This document shows positions 1 through 9,005 of a DNA stretch of 64,000 nucleotides, piece by piece (within the stretch, counting starts at the first letter, position 1; each line of letters starts with the position of its first letter). The notes beneath the pieces were generated by a model. The model worked only from the letters and a program-made list of their open reading frames with translations, was not told the DNA's origin and searched no databases. The translations under genes were made by a program, and so were the position numbers. Source of the stretch: an uncultured virus (IMG/VR IMGVR_UViG_3300042901_000352) (taxonomy: Duplodnaviria > Heunggongvirae > Uroviricota > Caudoviricetes); the IMG/VR virus record IMGVR_UViG_3300042901_000352. The stretch is one strand, 5' to 3'.

Positions 1-1012
1 CATCCCACTGTGGTGTAGGTACATCGGGTTGTTTATTACCAAAGACTCCAGCAACACGACCTCTATCTAATAACTGATAACCCTTTTGAATCTGACCTTG
101 TCTTAAGAGATACCAACCACGATTATAAGCAGCTCTATTGTTACTTGGTTCTGTAGCCTCTAACTTCTGCGCTATACGCCAGCCTTCAGCAAAATCACCT
201 GTAGTAGATGCAGCTAATTGAAGGTCTAAGTCATGTAAGTCAGGCATTGTTCTAGGCTTCTCTAACCAAAACTCAGGCTGGCAGAATGAGCCGTAATAAG
301 AACCTAGTACATCTTTTGGGTGCTCATTGTGTTGTCTTTCAAGAACAGGTTTCACATCATGCATACCTTTAGTACCATGCAACTGCTCATCATCCTCAGC
401 TACAGTAGAACCATCAATAGCATTAAAGTCGTATTCAAAATCAGGTAATTCTAAAAAGTCATGTATGCGTTGTAGTTGCTCTTTAGGATTAGCGATTAAG
501 TCATCGTACTCAATAAATAAAAAGTTATCTGGTGCCGCTAAGTACCCGTTCTGTAGCGATATGTACGCAGCTTTTAAGTGATCCATCAACTGCCCAGACT
601 CCATAAACTCATCTAAGTCTTCAGGCTTGGCAATACGCACAAACGATGCCGCACAATCAGGTACAGAACGAACAGTGGCAATAATCTTTGGTTGATGTCC
701 TAACACTTGAGCCATAGCAGACATAATTACATGTAGAGACCACCCACGTGATTTGTCAATTATAAAAGGTTTATCAACATCTCCATAAAAAGAATCTACA
801 ATGCCACCCATGACATGCGCTAATTTTTTACGATCTTTGTCATTTTCATTTAATAACCCAGCAGAATGCCACACATTTGCCATGCCGTCTAAAGCGTGAA
901 CTAAGCCTGAAGTGGTTGAAACGTGGGTTATAGAATTTTGATTCATAATAGCGGCGAGTACCGTGCTGCCGCTTCTTGGAACACCTGCGAGAAATGCTAA
1001 TTGCTTATTCAT
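1..1012 (-). CDS. Sulfotransferase-family protein with C-terminal TPR-like region (runs off window edge)
   Basis: Hand translation from ATG 1012: MNKQLAFLAGVPRSGSTVLAAI (PAPS-binding loop), IIDKSRGW, IEYDDLIANP, then RAAYNRGWYLLRQG; open to position 1. Not in the ORF track. Confidence 0.85.
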   Translation of the reverse strand, partial: MNKQLAFLAGVPRSGSTVLAAIMNQNSITHVSTTSGLVHALDGMANVWHSAGLLNENDKDRKKLAHVMGGIVDSFYGDVDKPFIIDKSRGWSLHVIMSAMAQVLGHQPKIIATVRSVPDCAASFVRIAKPEDLDEFMESGQLMDHLKAAYISLQNGYLAAPDNFLFIEYDDLIANPKEQLQRIHDFLELPDFEYDFNAIDGSTVAEDDEQLHGTKGMHDVKPVLERQHNEHPKDVLGSYYGSFCQPEFWLEKPRTMPDLHDLDLQLAASTTGDFAEGWRIAQKLEATEPSNNRAAYNRGWYLLRQGQIQKGYQLLDRGRVAGVFGNKQPDVPTPQWD

Positions 1013-1815
1013 ATTGATGCGGTCTCTGATGTGATGGTGGATAAGTTTCTTTTTTCTAAATGACGTTGTCTTCGTAAATCTGACCAAGGTTTACCCTTAT
1101 GAGCCAAACTTAATGCTACACAATGTTCTTCAGACTTTTTCTTGCCTTTGTTTCCGGCGCTTATTTTATCACAATGTTCAATAGATAGTTCTTTCCCTTT
1201 ATGCAAAGCACTCATCATTTCTTTAACTGAATCAGGCATCTTTTTACCAAGATTAGCTGCACGTAACTTTGCTCTTTTTTCTTCAGAACATATTTGACCT
1301 GTGCTTGCTGCTCTTAGTTTCTCTATAGTCTCAGCCGTAGGAACCCTCCCCATACGTGTTGCGCTCATCTTTTCTCTTGTTTCAGCAGAGTGTATTCTAC
1401 CTACACCAGCTAATCTTAGTTTTTCTATTAGTTCTGGTGGTCTATTCCTATTTGCTTCACTCATCTTTGCTCTTGTTTCAGCAGATGGATTGGTATTTGC
1501 AGCACTTATTTTGGCTTTGTGTTCATCAGTAATAGTGCGTCCACTAGGCCCTTCACCACCATCTGTCATATTAGCTAAAGAAACACCCATTCTTTTAAGA
1601 CATTTAATTAAACCTATCTCAAGGTTAAACGATATTTCTTCAGAGGAGCAGTCTAATTTTCCAATAAGAATGTCCTGTTTACCATATTTAGCAACAGTTC
1701 TAGCATGATATGAATTACGCCCAGATAATCGGTGGGCTCTAGTACCATTCCCTTTACCCACATAAAACGGGGTGCCATCTGGTTTAGCATGTATGTACGC
1801 ATAAAATTGCTTCAT
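1009..1815 (-). CDS. Free-standing GIY-YIG-like homing endonuclease with NUMOD3-type repeats
   Basis: FYAY..FYVGKG, RAH, LANMTDGGEG, then repeated HSAETREKMS-like units. Confidence 0.85.
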   Translation of the reverse strand: MKQFYAYIHAKPDGTPFYVGKGNGTRAHRLSGRNSYHARTVAKYGKQDILIGKLDCSSEEISFNLEIGLIKCLKRMGVSLANMTDGGEGPSGRTITDEHKAKISAANTNPSAETRAKMSEANRNRPPELIEKLRLAGVGRIHSAETREKMSATRMGRVPTAETIEKLRAASTGQICSEEKRAKLRAANLGKKMPDSVKEMMSALHKGKELSIEHCDKISAGNKGKKKSEEHCVALSLAHKGKPWSDLRRQRHLEKRNLSTITSETASI

Positions 1816-1952
1816 TTCGCCAAACCATCAAGAGCATGAACAAGACCTGATGTAGTAGATACATGGGTCTGTGAATTTTGGTTAAGTATAGCTGCAAGTA
1901 CCGTAGAACCTGAACGTGGCACACCACTCAAAAAATGTAGAGTCTTTTTCAT
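1812..1952 (-). pseudogene. Orphan 46-aa duplicate of the sulfotransferase N-terminus
   Basis: MKKTLHFLSGVPRSGSTVLAAILNQNSQTHVSTTSGLVHALDGLAK*; its TGA overlaps the endonuclease ATG. Confidence 0.85.
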
Positions 1953-2000
1953 ATACTAATCTCGTTATGTTTTTTACAAGGGTATATAGTATACATTAAA

Positions 2001-3149
2001 TTAATGAGAAGTTATTGCTAAGGAAGACCCACCTCCACATGCAATAATAGACCAAGTAGTAAGTGCACCTACTTGTTTAGGGCTTGAATAGTTAGTTATG
2101 TTACCTAGACCTAACTGCCCAACGCTATTACTACCCCAAGCCCACAGCGTACCATCTGTTTTAACTGCTAAAGAGGATGAACCCCCTTTTGCTAATATAT
2201 TAAGCCAAGTTGTTAATGCACCTACTTGTTTGGGACTTGAGTAGTTGGTGGTATTGCCAAGACCTAACTGCCCATCTGTATTTTGGCCCCAAGACCAAAG
2301 AGTACCGTCAGTTTTAATGGCTAAAGAGGAGTTATCCCCACATGTAATTTTGGACCACGTTGTTAGTGCACCTACTTGTACAGGACTAGAACGGTTAATC
2401 TGATTATCTAAACCTAGTTGCCCATTGTTATTTCTCCCCCAAGCCCAGAGGGTACCATCTGTTTTAGTGGCTAGAGTGTGATATATCCCACCTGCAATAC
2501 TTGACCAAGTGGTTAATGCGCCTACTTGATTTGGGCTTGAACGGTTAGTTATATTACCTAGCCCGAGCTGACCATTAGCATTTAAACCCCAAGACCAGAG
2601 AGTGCCGTCTGTTTTAGTGGCTAAAGTGTGATTAGACCCACACGCAATATTAGACCAAGTTGTAAGAGCACCTACTTGTACGGGACTGGAGCGATTAGTT
2701 ATATCACCTAGACCTAATTGCCCAACATCATTACCCCCCCAAGACCAAAGAGTACCATCAGTTTTAATTGCTAAGGAAAAGGAGCCTCCTGCGGATACTT
2801 TAGACCAAGTTGTAAGAGCTCCTACTTGTTTGGGACTTGAGTAGTTAGTTGTATTACCTAAACCCAATTCTCCACTAGTATTTAAACCCCAAGACCAAAG
2901 AGTACCGTCAGTTTTAGTGGCTAGGGTGTTATGCGCCCCACATGTAATTTTAGACCAAGTAGTAAGTGCACCTACTTGTTTAGGGCTTGAATAGTTAGTT
3001 ATATTGCCTAGACCTAATTGCCCGGTATCATTATATCCCCAAGACCAAAGTCCGGGTAAACCGGGCCAAGTCCCCGCAGCTGCGGCTTGCATTTGACTCT
3101 GTGGTGTCCACATGCCTGAATATTGTACGTATGGATAAATTACTGGCAT
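2001..3149 (-). CDS. RCC1/BLIP-II-repeat beta-propeller protein (probable virion fibre)
   Basis: Seven repeats of LWSWGxNxxGQLGLGN..YSSPKQVG. Confidence 0.85.
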   Translation of the reverse strand: MPVIYPYVQYSGMWTPQSQMQAAAAGTWPGLPGLWSWGYNDTGQLGLGNITNYSSPKQVGALTTWSKITCGAHNTLATKTDGTLWSWGLNTSGELGLGNTTNYSSPKQVGALTTWSKVSAGGSFSLAIKTDGTLWSWGGNDVGQLGLGDITNRSSPVQVGALTTWSNIACGSNHTLATKTDGTLWSWGLNANGQLGLGNITNRSSPNQVGALTTWSSIAGGIYHTLATKTDGTLWAWGRNNNGQLGLDNQINRSSPVQVGALTTWSKITCGDNSSLAIKTDGTLWSWGQNTDGQLGLGNTTNYSSPKQVGALTTWLNILAKGGSSSLAVKTDGTLWAWGSNSVGQLGLGNITNYSSPKQVGALTTWSIIACGGGSSLAITSH

Positions 3150-3158
3150 TGTATTTTC

Positions 3159-4295
3159 CTAATATTTGAGGGCTACTACTTCAGCGCCACCGCCTGAAAC
3201 TTTATACCAAGTTGTAAGAGCCCCTACTTGTTTAGGGGATGAGTAGTTGGTGGTGTTACCTAGACCTAATTGCCCACTGGCATTATACCCCCAAGACCAA
3301 AGAGTGCCATCTGTTTTAGTTGCAAATGATGAATCTCCCCCCGTAGTTCCATCTATAGTAGACCAAGTTGTTAGTGCACCTACTTGTACAGGACTAGAAC
3401 GGGAAGTTGTATCGCCTTGGCCTAATTGTCCACTACTATTTGAACCCCAAGACCAAAGAGTACCGTCAGTTTTAGTTGCTAGGGTGTTAAAGTCCCCACA
3501 AGTTATTTTAGACCAAGTGGTTAGTGCACCTACTTGTTTTGGAGAAGAATAGTTAGTTGTATTGCCTCGGCCTAATTGCCCTTGACCATTCTCCCCCCAA
3601 GACCAGAGCGTACCGTCTGTTTTAGTTGCGAGGGTGTGACCATATCCACATGCTATTTTAGACCACGTTGTAAGAGCACCTACTTGTACAGGACTAGAGC
3701 GGTTAGTTGTATTGCCTAGACCTAATTGCCCATAGGCATTAAGCCCCCAAGCCCAGAGCGTACCATCAGTTTTAGTTGCTAAAGAAAAATAATTGCCTGC
3801 AGATAAGTTTAACCATGTGGTTAATGTCCCTACTTGTTTAGGAGAAGAATAGTAAGTTGTATTGCCTAGACCTAATTGCCCAAACCTATTACTCCCCCAA
3901 GACCAAAGAGTACCATCTGTTTTAATCGCCATAAACCGTCTAGTTAAACCTTCTATTTTATACCAAGTTGTAAGTGCCCCTACTTGCACAGGGCTGGAAC
4001 GGGTAGTAATATCACCTAAACCTAACTGCCCTTTAGCATTAGCCCCCCAAGACCATAACGTACCATCTGTTTTAGTTGCTAAACTAGAAGTGCCACCGCT
4101 TACAATATTTAACCAAGTTGTAAGTGCGCCAACTTGCTTAGGACTTGAGTAGTTAGTTGTATTACCTAGACCTAACTGCCCATAACTATTGTCTCCCCAA
4201 GACCAAAGTTCATAGGTATACGTTGGCGGCGGAGGAGCAGCCAAAGGGTTAAAGAGACCGTCTTGTATCCAGCCACCGAGATATCTTTGCGACAT
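3159..4295 (-). CDS. RCC1/BLIP-II-repeat protein, paralogue of 2001-3149
   Basis: Same ~50-aa repeat, seven copies. Confidence 0.85.
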   Translation of the reverse strand: MSQRYLGGWIQDGLFNPLAAPPPPTYTYELWSWGDNSYGQLGLGNTTNYSSPKQVGALTTWLNIVSGGTSSLATKTDGTLWSWGANAKGQLGLGDITTRSSPVQVGALTTWYKIEGLTRRFMAIKTDGTLWSWGSNRFGQLGLGNTTYYSSPKQVGTLTTWLNLSAGNYFSLATKTDGTLWAWGLNAYGQLGLGNTTNRSSPVQVGALTTWSKIACGYGHTLATKTDGTLWSWGENGQGQLGRGNTTNYSSPKQVGALTTWSKITCGDFNTLATKTDGTLWSWGSNSSGQLGQGDTTSRSSPVQVGALTTWSTIDGTTGGDSSFATKTDGTLWSWGYNASGQLGLGNTTNYSSPKQVGALTTWYKVSGGGAEVVALKY

Positions 4296-4322
4296 TCTAA
4301 GCTCCTATCTTTAAGCCCCTAA

Positions 4323-4694
4323 TCATGATATCTCCTCCCAACTCGCTGTTACCACCAAAGCAGTAGATGTTCCCGCAGTAGCACCAACAGACTTATCTTC
4401 AAGCAAATAAAATGTTGTAGTCTTGTCTGTTACGATCAATGAAGCATAGGCTGGCACTGAGATAGTTGAAGCTATTGGAAATGCTGTACCACCTAGAGCC
4501 GCTGCGCTATACACGTTAATAGTGATGTTAGCTGCTGAAGCAGAAGTGTTAGCTACGACAATAGAGTCTATTTTATAGACCTTACCACTTGATGCTGCAT
4601 TACTTACTAGAGAAGTTGCAGAGGTTGTAGTCAGTGAAGTTGTACTGGTGTTACCGTAGATTGTAGTTACGTTAACTATGTTTGGGTTTGACAT
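4323..4694 (-). CDS. Putative virion structural protein
   Basis: Thr/Ser/Ala-rich beta-type 123 aa ORF in tail operon. Confidence 0.6.
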   Translation of the reverse strand: MSNPNIVNVTTIYGNTSTTSLTTTSATSLVSNAASSGKVYKIDSIVVANTSASAANITINVYSAAALGGTAFPIASTISVPAYASLIVTDKTTTFYLLEDKSVGATAGTSTALVVTASWEEIS

Positions 4695-4725
4695 CGTTAT
4701 TCCTTAGTAGATTTTGTATTTTATG

Positions 4726-5601
4726 TTACCCAAAGACTAAACTTAGGGCAATAGCTTTACCAGCCGATATACCACTAGCCGCTGGAGGAGAAGACACCCA
4801 AGTCGTGCCGTTACTTGTTAAAACATTGCCTGTAGTACTAGGTGCCACAGTTTGTAATGCAGATGTTGTATTCCCTAATAGCACACTATTAGCCGCTAAA
4901 GTAGTCGCTCCTGTACCGCCAGACCCAACAACCAAAGTAGTACTTAATCCAGCTGCTGTACCTGATGTATTTTGATTCAGCGTTGGAAAATCTGCCGCTA
5001 CAGCAATAGATAACGCCCCAGAGGTTGTAGTGCTTTTAAGTATGCCTGTGGTTAGCGCAGAGGTCCCTGCACTATAGTCAGTACCAGAAGTAGCCGCAGA
5101 TATAGCTGTACCATTACCTTTAAGGACCCCAGTAATAGAAGTTGATATAGTCAACGCAGGAGTAGCACCACCTGAAGAAGTGCCAGCAAAACCATTAGCG
5201 GACGTAACAGAAACCGCTGTAACTGTACCAACAGTATTAGCTATCCAAGAAGGATTAGTCCCGTCAGTAGAGAGAATCTTAGTGCTGTTTCCAGTTTGAT
5301 CTGGTAGTAAAGCAGGGACAGGAGCTGTACAAAATACACGTTTAGATACAGAGGTAAATACTACTAAGGCATTAGCATTACTTGATTCAAGTACAGTAGA
5401 GCGCGTCAGCGTTCCAGTACCTACAGTACCGTAACCTACTTCCCAATTTCCTAAACCATCATCTATAGTGTAATAGACTACGTTACCGTTACTAAAAGCT
5501 GAATTAAATGTCCTATATCCGGTTAGCGCCCCTGCGAGGGTAAGTGTACCCGTCCCCGCAGTTATGGATGATTCTAATACTCGATCAGCTAGTAAAGGCA
5601 T
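4726..5601 (-). CDS. Putative tail fibre/baseplate protein
   Basis: LADRVLE..TAGTGTLTL N-terminus; Gly/Thr-rich fibre-like segments. Confidence 0.65.
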   Translation of the reverse strand: MPLLADRVLESSITAGTGTLTLAGALTGYRTFNSAFSNGNVVYYTIDDGLGNWEVGYGTVGTGTLTRSTVLESSNANALVVFTSVSKRVFCTAPVPALLPDQTGNSTKILSTDGTNPSWIANTVGTVTAVSVTSANGFAGTSSGGATPALTISTSITGVLKGNGTAISAATSGTDYSAGTSALTTGILKSTTTSGALSIAVAADFPTLNQNTSGTAAGLSTTLVVGSGGTGATTLAANSVLLGNTTSALQTVAPSTTGNVLTSNGTTWVSSPPAASGISAGKAIALSLVFG

Positions 5602-5616
5602 TTATATACCTACAGA

Positions 5617-6048
5617 CTAATTTAAAATTAAAACAGCAGTTGTGGTTGTAGCCGCTGGGAATATAACTGAGAAGTCCCCATTAGTAGAAGTAAAGTCTCC
5701 ACCAAAGTTAAATACCGCTACGGCTTTATTGCTGCTCGAAGTGTCATATATTAAAGCACCTGCAGCTGTAAACGTAGCTGTAGTCCAAGTAACATCGTCA
5801 AAGTCAATAAACGCAATCGCACCTGATAATGTTATACCAAGATTAGTTAGAGTCTTACCCCCAGTCGTATAGCCTGTACCAGAGCTTGAAACTTCACCTG
5901 TCGCAGTATATGCAGTAGTAGCAGAGTCTAAACTAGCCGCTGAAGTGTATAAAGCTATTTTAAATGTATTACCACCGACTGCTTTAAAGTTGTGTTCTGC
6001 GCCTAATAGTTCACTTTTGAACGTGCTACAAATTGCCTGTGTGATCAT
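5617..6048 (-). CDS. Putative virion structural protein
   Basis: FKIALYTS..YTTGG motif; operon context. Confidence 0.6.
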   Translation of the reverse strand: MITQAICSTFKSELLGAEHNFKAVGGNTFKIALYTSAASLDSATTAYTATGEVSSSGTGYTTGGKTLTNLGITLSGAIAFIDFDDVTWTTATFTAAGALIYDTSSSNKAVAVFNFGGDFTSTNGDFSVIFPAATTTTAVLILN

Positions 6049-6158
6049 AGCTGATCTTCCTCTTCAATAACTTCCTCAACCACTTCTGGCTCAGGGTTTG
6101 TAATTACGATAGCTACGCTGTTTAGCATAACCTTTGCTTGTTCACTCATTCCACTCAT
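6045..6158 (-). CDS. Small acidic hypothetical protein (37 aa)
   Basis: Hand translation MSGMSEQAKV..EEEDQL*; fills the gap, ATGA overlap. Confidence 0.5.
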   Translation of the reverse strand: MSGMSEQAKVMLNSVAIVITNPEPEVVEEVIEEEDQL

Positions 6159-6159
6159 A

Positions 6160-6822
6160 TTAAACTACCTTATCTCTTACTTGGGTTACACGATATGTAT
6201 CTTGTCGATCTTTGCCATCACCTAATTGTTTGAGGAGACCCATAGCTTCTTGATACTTCTGTTGGTAAGCTTGAATAAGATCTGGCTCGCCCTTCATGTA
6301 TATATAAGCTTCGACCAAAGACCCCCACAACAATACGTTAGGAAAGTTATTACCCAGCCAGCTTGTACCTGCGTCTACTATAGACTGCGGATACGCATAA
6401 TAGTGCATTTCTACCGAATACTCTTCATCTGGTGTAGGCCCTAATATAAAAGAAGAATTATCAAAAATGCCGTAGTATTGTGGCACTCCTGAAACACCCG
6501 GATAAGGATAGGCTTCTCTTATGTATTCAACATCTTTTTGGTATAAGTAAGTTTGAGTAGTTTGAGGTACTAGATCTACTATAGTTGTAGTAAATACGGA
6601 TAAGGCATATACTGACAAGAAGTCAGGAGGAAGCGCTACATAAGGAAAATTGGCTGTTGTTACACCCGTAACATTAGTACGAAAAGCAGGTAACTGCACA
6701 GAGTTATTAACCAAAGTCTCTGCATTTTGTACAAAGTTAGGTATGTTAGCTACAAATGTAGCTTCTGTTACTTCAGTGTATTGCTGTATTGCCGTACTAA
6801 GTTGCGCGTATGTGAGACTCAT
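6160..6822 (-). CDS. Head-tail adaptor / tail tubular-like protein
   Basis: LPPDFL, LGPTPD, WLGNNFPNVLLWGSL; similar to 45743-46351. Confidence 0.65.
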   Translation of the reverse strand: MSLTYAQLSTAIQQYTEVTEATFVANIPNFVQNAETLVNNSVQLPAFRTNVTGVTTANFPYVALPPDFLSVYALSVFTTTIVDLVPQTTQTYLYQKDVEYIREAYPYPGVSGVPQYYGIFDNSSFILGPTPDEEYSVEMHYYAYPQSIVDAGTSWLGNNFPNVLLWGSLVEAYIYMKGEPDLIQAYQQKYQEAMGLLKQLGDGKDRQDTYRVTQVRDKVV

Positions 6823-6824
6823 TA

Positions 6825-6992
6825 TTAGCCCATTTTGCTAGATGCCATAGTGCCTTTAGTAGCCGCACCAGTACCACGTACTTTAATAGTCTTTTTGTTT
6901 TGAATCTCTACAGGGTATCCATTGCCTACAGGTGTAGGTACAGATTTAACGCCTTTATATTCAGCAGATCCTTCAATATGTTGCTTAGCCAT
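6825..6992 (-). CDS. Small basic protein (55 aa)
   Basis: Hand translation ending RGTGAATKGTMASSKMG*; abuts neighbours. Confidence 0.7.
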   Translation of the reverse strand: MAKQHIEGSAEYKGVKSVPTPVGNGYPVEIQNKKTIKVRGTGAATKGTMASSKMG

Positions 6993-7222
6993 TATCGACC
7001 TCTACCTGAACTTTTTTGATTCATAGCACGAGCTACATTACGACCCATTTTCTTAGCATCCATAGATGTGATGCCGCCTTTTTTAAGACCCTTCATAGAT
7101 TTCTGTTTGTCATGCTTAGCGTCTTTCGAACTTTTTTCCCAGTCAGACATAGACATCTTGTTTTTCTTTGCAAGGACTTTGTCTTCTTTAACGTCTTTAG
7201 CTGAACCTTCAAAACTAGCCAT
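6992..7222 (-). CDS. Small basic protein with KKGG motif
   Basis: ATG 7222 follows GAGGT RBS; Lys-rich. Confidence 0.7.
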   Translation of the reverse strand: MASFEGSAKDVKEDKVLAKKNKMSMSDWEKSSKDAKHDKQKSMKGLKKGGITSMDAKKMGRNVARAMNQKSSGRGR

Positions 7223-7230
7223 ATTATACC

Positions 7231-7566
7231 TCAATCAATTCTAATAAACACGCTATTCAACGTGGTGTTAATGGTCTGTGTTGCCACAGGGTTATAAGCA
7301 AATAGGCCTCTAGAAGCGTTTAAGTTTACGTCTGGTCTTGGGTTTTGTAAAGCCTGTGGGTCGTTTGCTACCTTTTGAGCACCTATTATACCAACCCAGT
7401 TTTGTGGGTGGTCTCCACCAACTTTGTCCATACACTCTGGACATACACGCATATTAATCCGTTTACCTATAATAACATAGGTTTTTATCTTCTTTAACGC
7501 GTATCTAAACCCACAACGATCACAGAAGCCAAATGCCCGTTTTTCTCCAGCAAAAGGAGTACCCAC
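7231..7566 (-). CDS. CxxC..CxxC conserved phage protein
   Basis: CDRCG and CPEC motifs; DPQAL.NPRPD. Confidence 0.7.
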   Translation of the reverse strand: MGTPFAGEKRAFGFCDRCGFRYALKKIKTYVIIGKRINMRVCPECMDKVGGDHPQNWVGIIGAQKVANDPQALQNPRPDVNLNASRGLFAYNPVATQTINTTLNSVFIRID

Positions 7567-8271
7567 TTACCAGCCCCCGCCGCCTACACTACCTATATTA
7601 GGTACAAATCTAAAAGACACTCGTTGACGGTCTTCATCAGCCGCCAGTTCAAAAGCCTCATCATAGAGTTGTTTAAGCATAGGGATTTTACTTTCTGCTT
7701 CTGGTGTTTTAAGAGCCAAGTTGTAGGCTAGTCCAGCAGTCATAGCTTCTAAGAATCTAAAGGGTATATCTAATGTATTAGACCCCGGAGCGCCAGTGTC
7801 TTGAAGTCTACGTAAGCGCCAGTAAACTAAAGTGTATCCAGTTTGACTAGGTAAAGGCCATATCTTAGCTGTGGGTGTAGGAGTCTGCCTATCAACAAAT
7901 ATCTGTATAGGTCTACCCTGAGTTAATTTATTTGGTATTGTTGCGTATGTAGAAACACTTATACGAGCTATCTGTAGGTCTACTTGATTAGAAGTACTAC
8001 CGGGATTTTGACGCACTACAGTCTCTATTAAATCAACAGTATCATCAGGTAAAGCATAAGTTCCTATCCCCGTTAAGAGTGGAATCTCACCTTGTTCAAT
8101 AGTCCATAGGTTCAAACCTTTGTTAGCCCAAGACGCTAATAAGTAATTTAAAGACCTTCTAGCTGTTCTAAACTGATAGCCTGTGCGTATCTCTACGCCT
8201 ACACGTTCGTAGGCTTCTTCTATTATCTCAGCTATGTCTGGATTAAATGTAGTAAGACCTGAAGTGCTCAT
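7567..8271 (-). CDS. Head-tail adaptor / tail tubular-like protein
   Basis: IIEEAYER, WANKGLNLWT, IWPLP, DIPFRFL motifs; operon position. Confidence 0.65.
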   Translation of the reverse strand: MSTSGLTTFNPDIAEIIEEAYERVGVEIRTGYQFRTARRSLNYLLASWANKGLNLWTIEQGEIPLLTGIGTYALPDDTVDLIETVVRQNPGSTSNQVDLQIARISVSTYATIPNKLTQGRPIQIFVDRQTPTPTAKIWPLPSQTGYTLVYWRLRRLQDTGAPGSNTLDIPFRFLEAMTAGLAYNLALKTPEAESKIPMLKQLYDEAFELAADEDRQRVSFRFVPNIGSVGGGGW

Positions 8272-8276
8272 GGTTT

Positions 8277-8558
8277 TTAAGCCCAGAAAGCAGTGATTGC
8301 ATCTACATTAGATAACTGAGCATATATACTAGTAGGGAATAAAACGCCTTCACCGGGAATCGGTACATAAATAGTAAATGTGTCGCTAGTACCTACATCT
8401 AATTCTACAAGAATCGTACCTGATGCGCTGCCGTCTCTAACCCTAACATACCCTGCTGTACCGTTTCCGCGGTAAGAAATAGACTTTAATCTAGCTCTAT
8501 CAGTAGTTACCGCACCGCTTGTTGTCCTATGGGTAGCGCTTACATCTGTCTGTTGCAT
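8277..8558 (-). CDS. Small beta-rich structural protein
   Basis: 93 aa, IPGEGVLF motif. Confidence 0.55.
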   Translation of the reverse strand: MQQTDVSATHRTTSGAVTTDRARLKSISYRGNGTAGYVRVRDGSASGTILVELDVGTSDTFTIYVPIPGEGVLFPTSIYAQLSNVDAITAFWA

Positions 8559-8564
8559 GATCTT

Positions 8565-9005
8565 TTACCTTTGTTGTGGTCGTTGTACGGGCATCGAAGT
8601 TGGATTACCCTGAATTTGTAGCCCTTGTTGAGGCATGTACTGAGACAGACTTGGAGGCTGCCCTTGCAATGGGGTTTGCATTTGGTTTACTGGCTGTCCA
8701 CCTATACCTGCATCGCTTCCACTATTATCATACCCCATATTATTACTAGGAGACATGTCGCCTGTATCGGGACTAGGAGCACTTTGCACAGGTGGTAGTG
8801 TGTTAGTCATACCTTGTGGTTGATTAGGTTGCCCTTGCTGTGGATAGCCCATAAAATTGGAGTTAGGAGAGGCAAAGTTATTGTATGAACTTTGAGTATT
8901 AAATTGTGGCATAGGGTTTGTTTGCCCTAATGGTAGAGATTGTGGACCTCCAAACCCTTGACCTACAATCCCACCGTCTGCGTAACCTTGTCCTCCCCCA
9001 GCCAT
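8565..9005 (-). CDS. Gln/Pro/Gly-rich low-complexity protein (YADGG motif)
   Basis: ORF abuts neighbours. Confidence 0.6.
   Translation of the reverse strand: MAGGGQGYADGGIVGQGFGGPQSLPLGQTNPMPQFNTQSSYNNFASPNSNFMGYPQQGQPNQPQGMTNTLPPVQSAPSPDTGDMSPSNNMGYDNSGSDAGIGGQPVNQMQTPLQGQPPSLSQYMPQQGLQIQGNPTSMPVQRPQQR

Noticed and set aside
1009..1815. Group I intron or intein around the endonuclease
   Set aside because: The ORF overlaps both neighbours by ATGA, leaving no flanking intron core, and it has its own start and stop
2001..4295. Diversity-generating retroelement acting on the RCC1 genes
   Set aside because: No reverse transcriptase or non-coding template repeat in the window; differences are not adenine-specific
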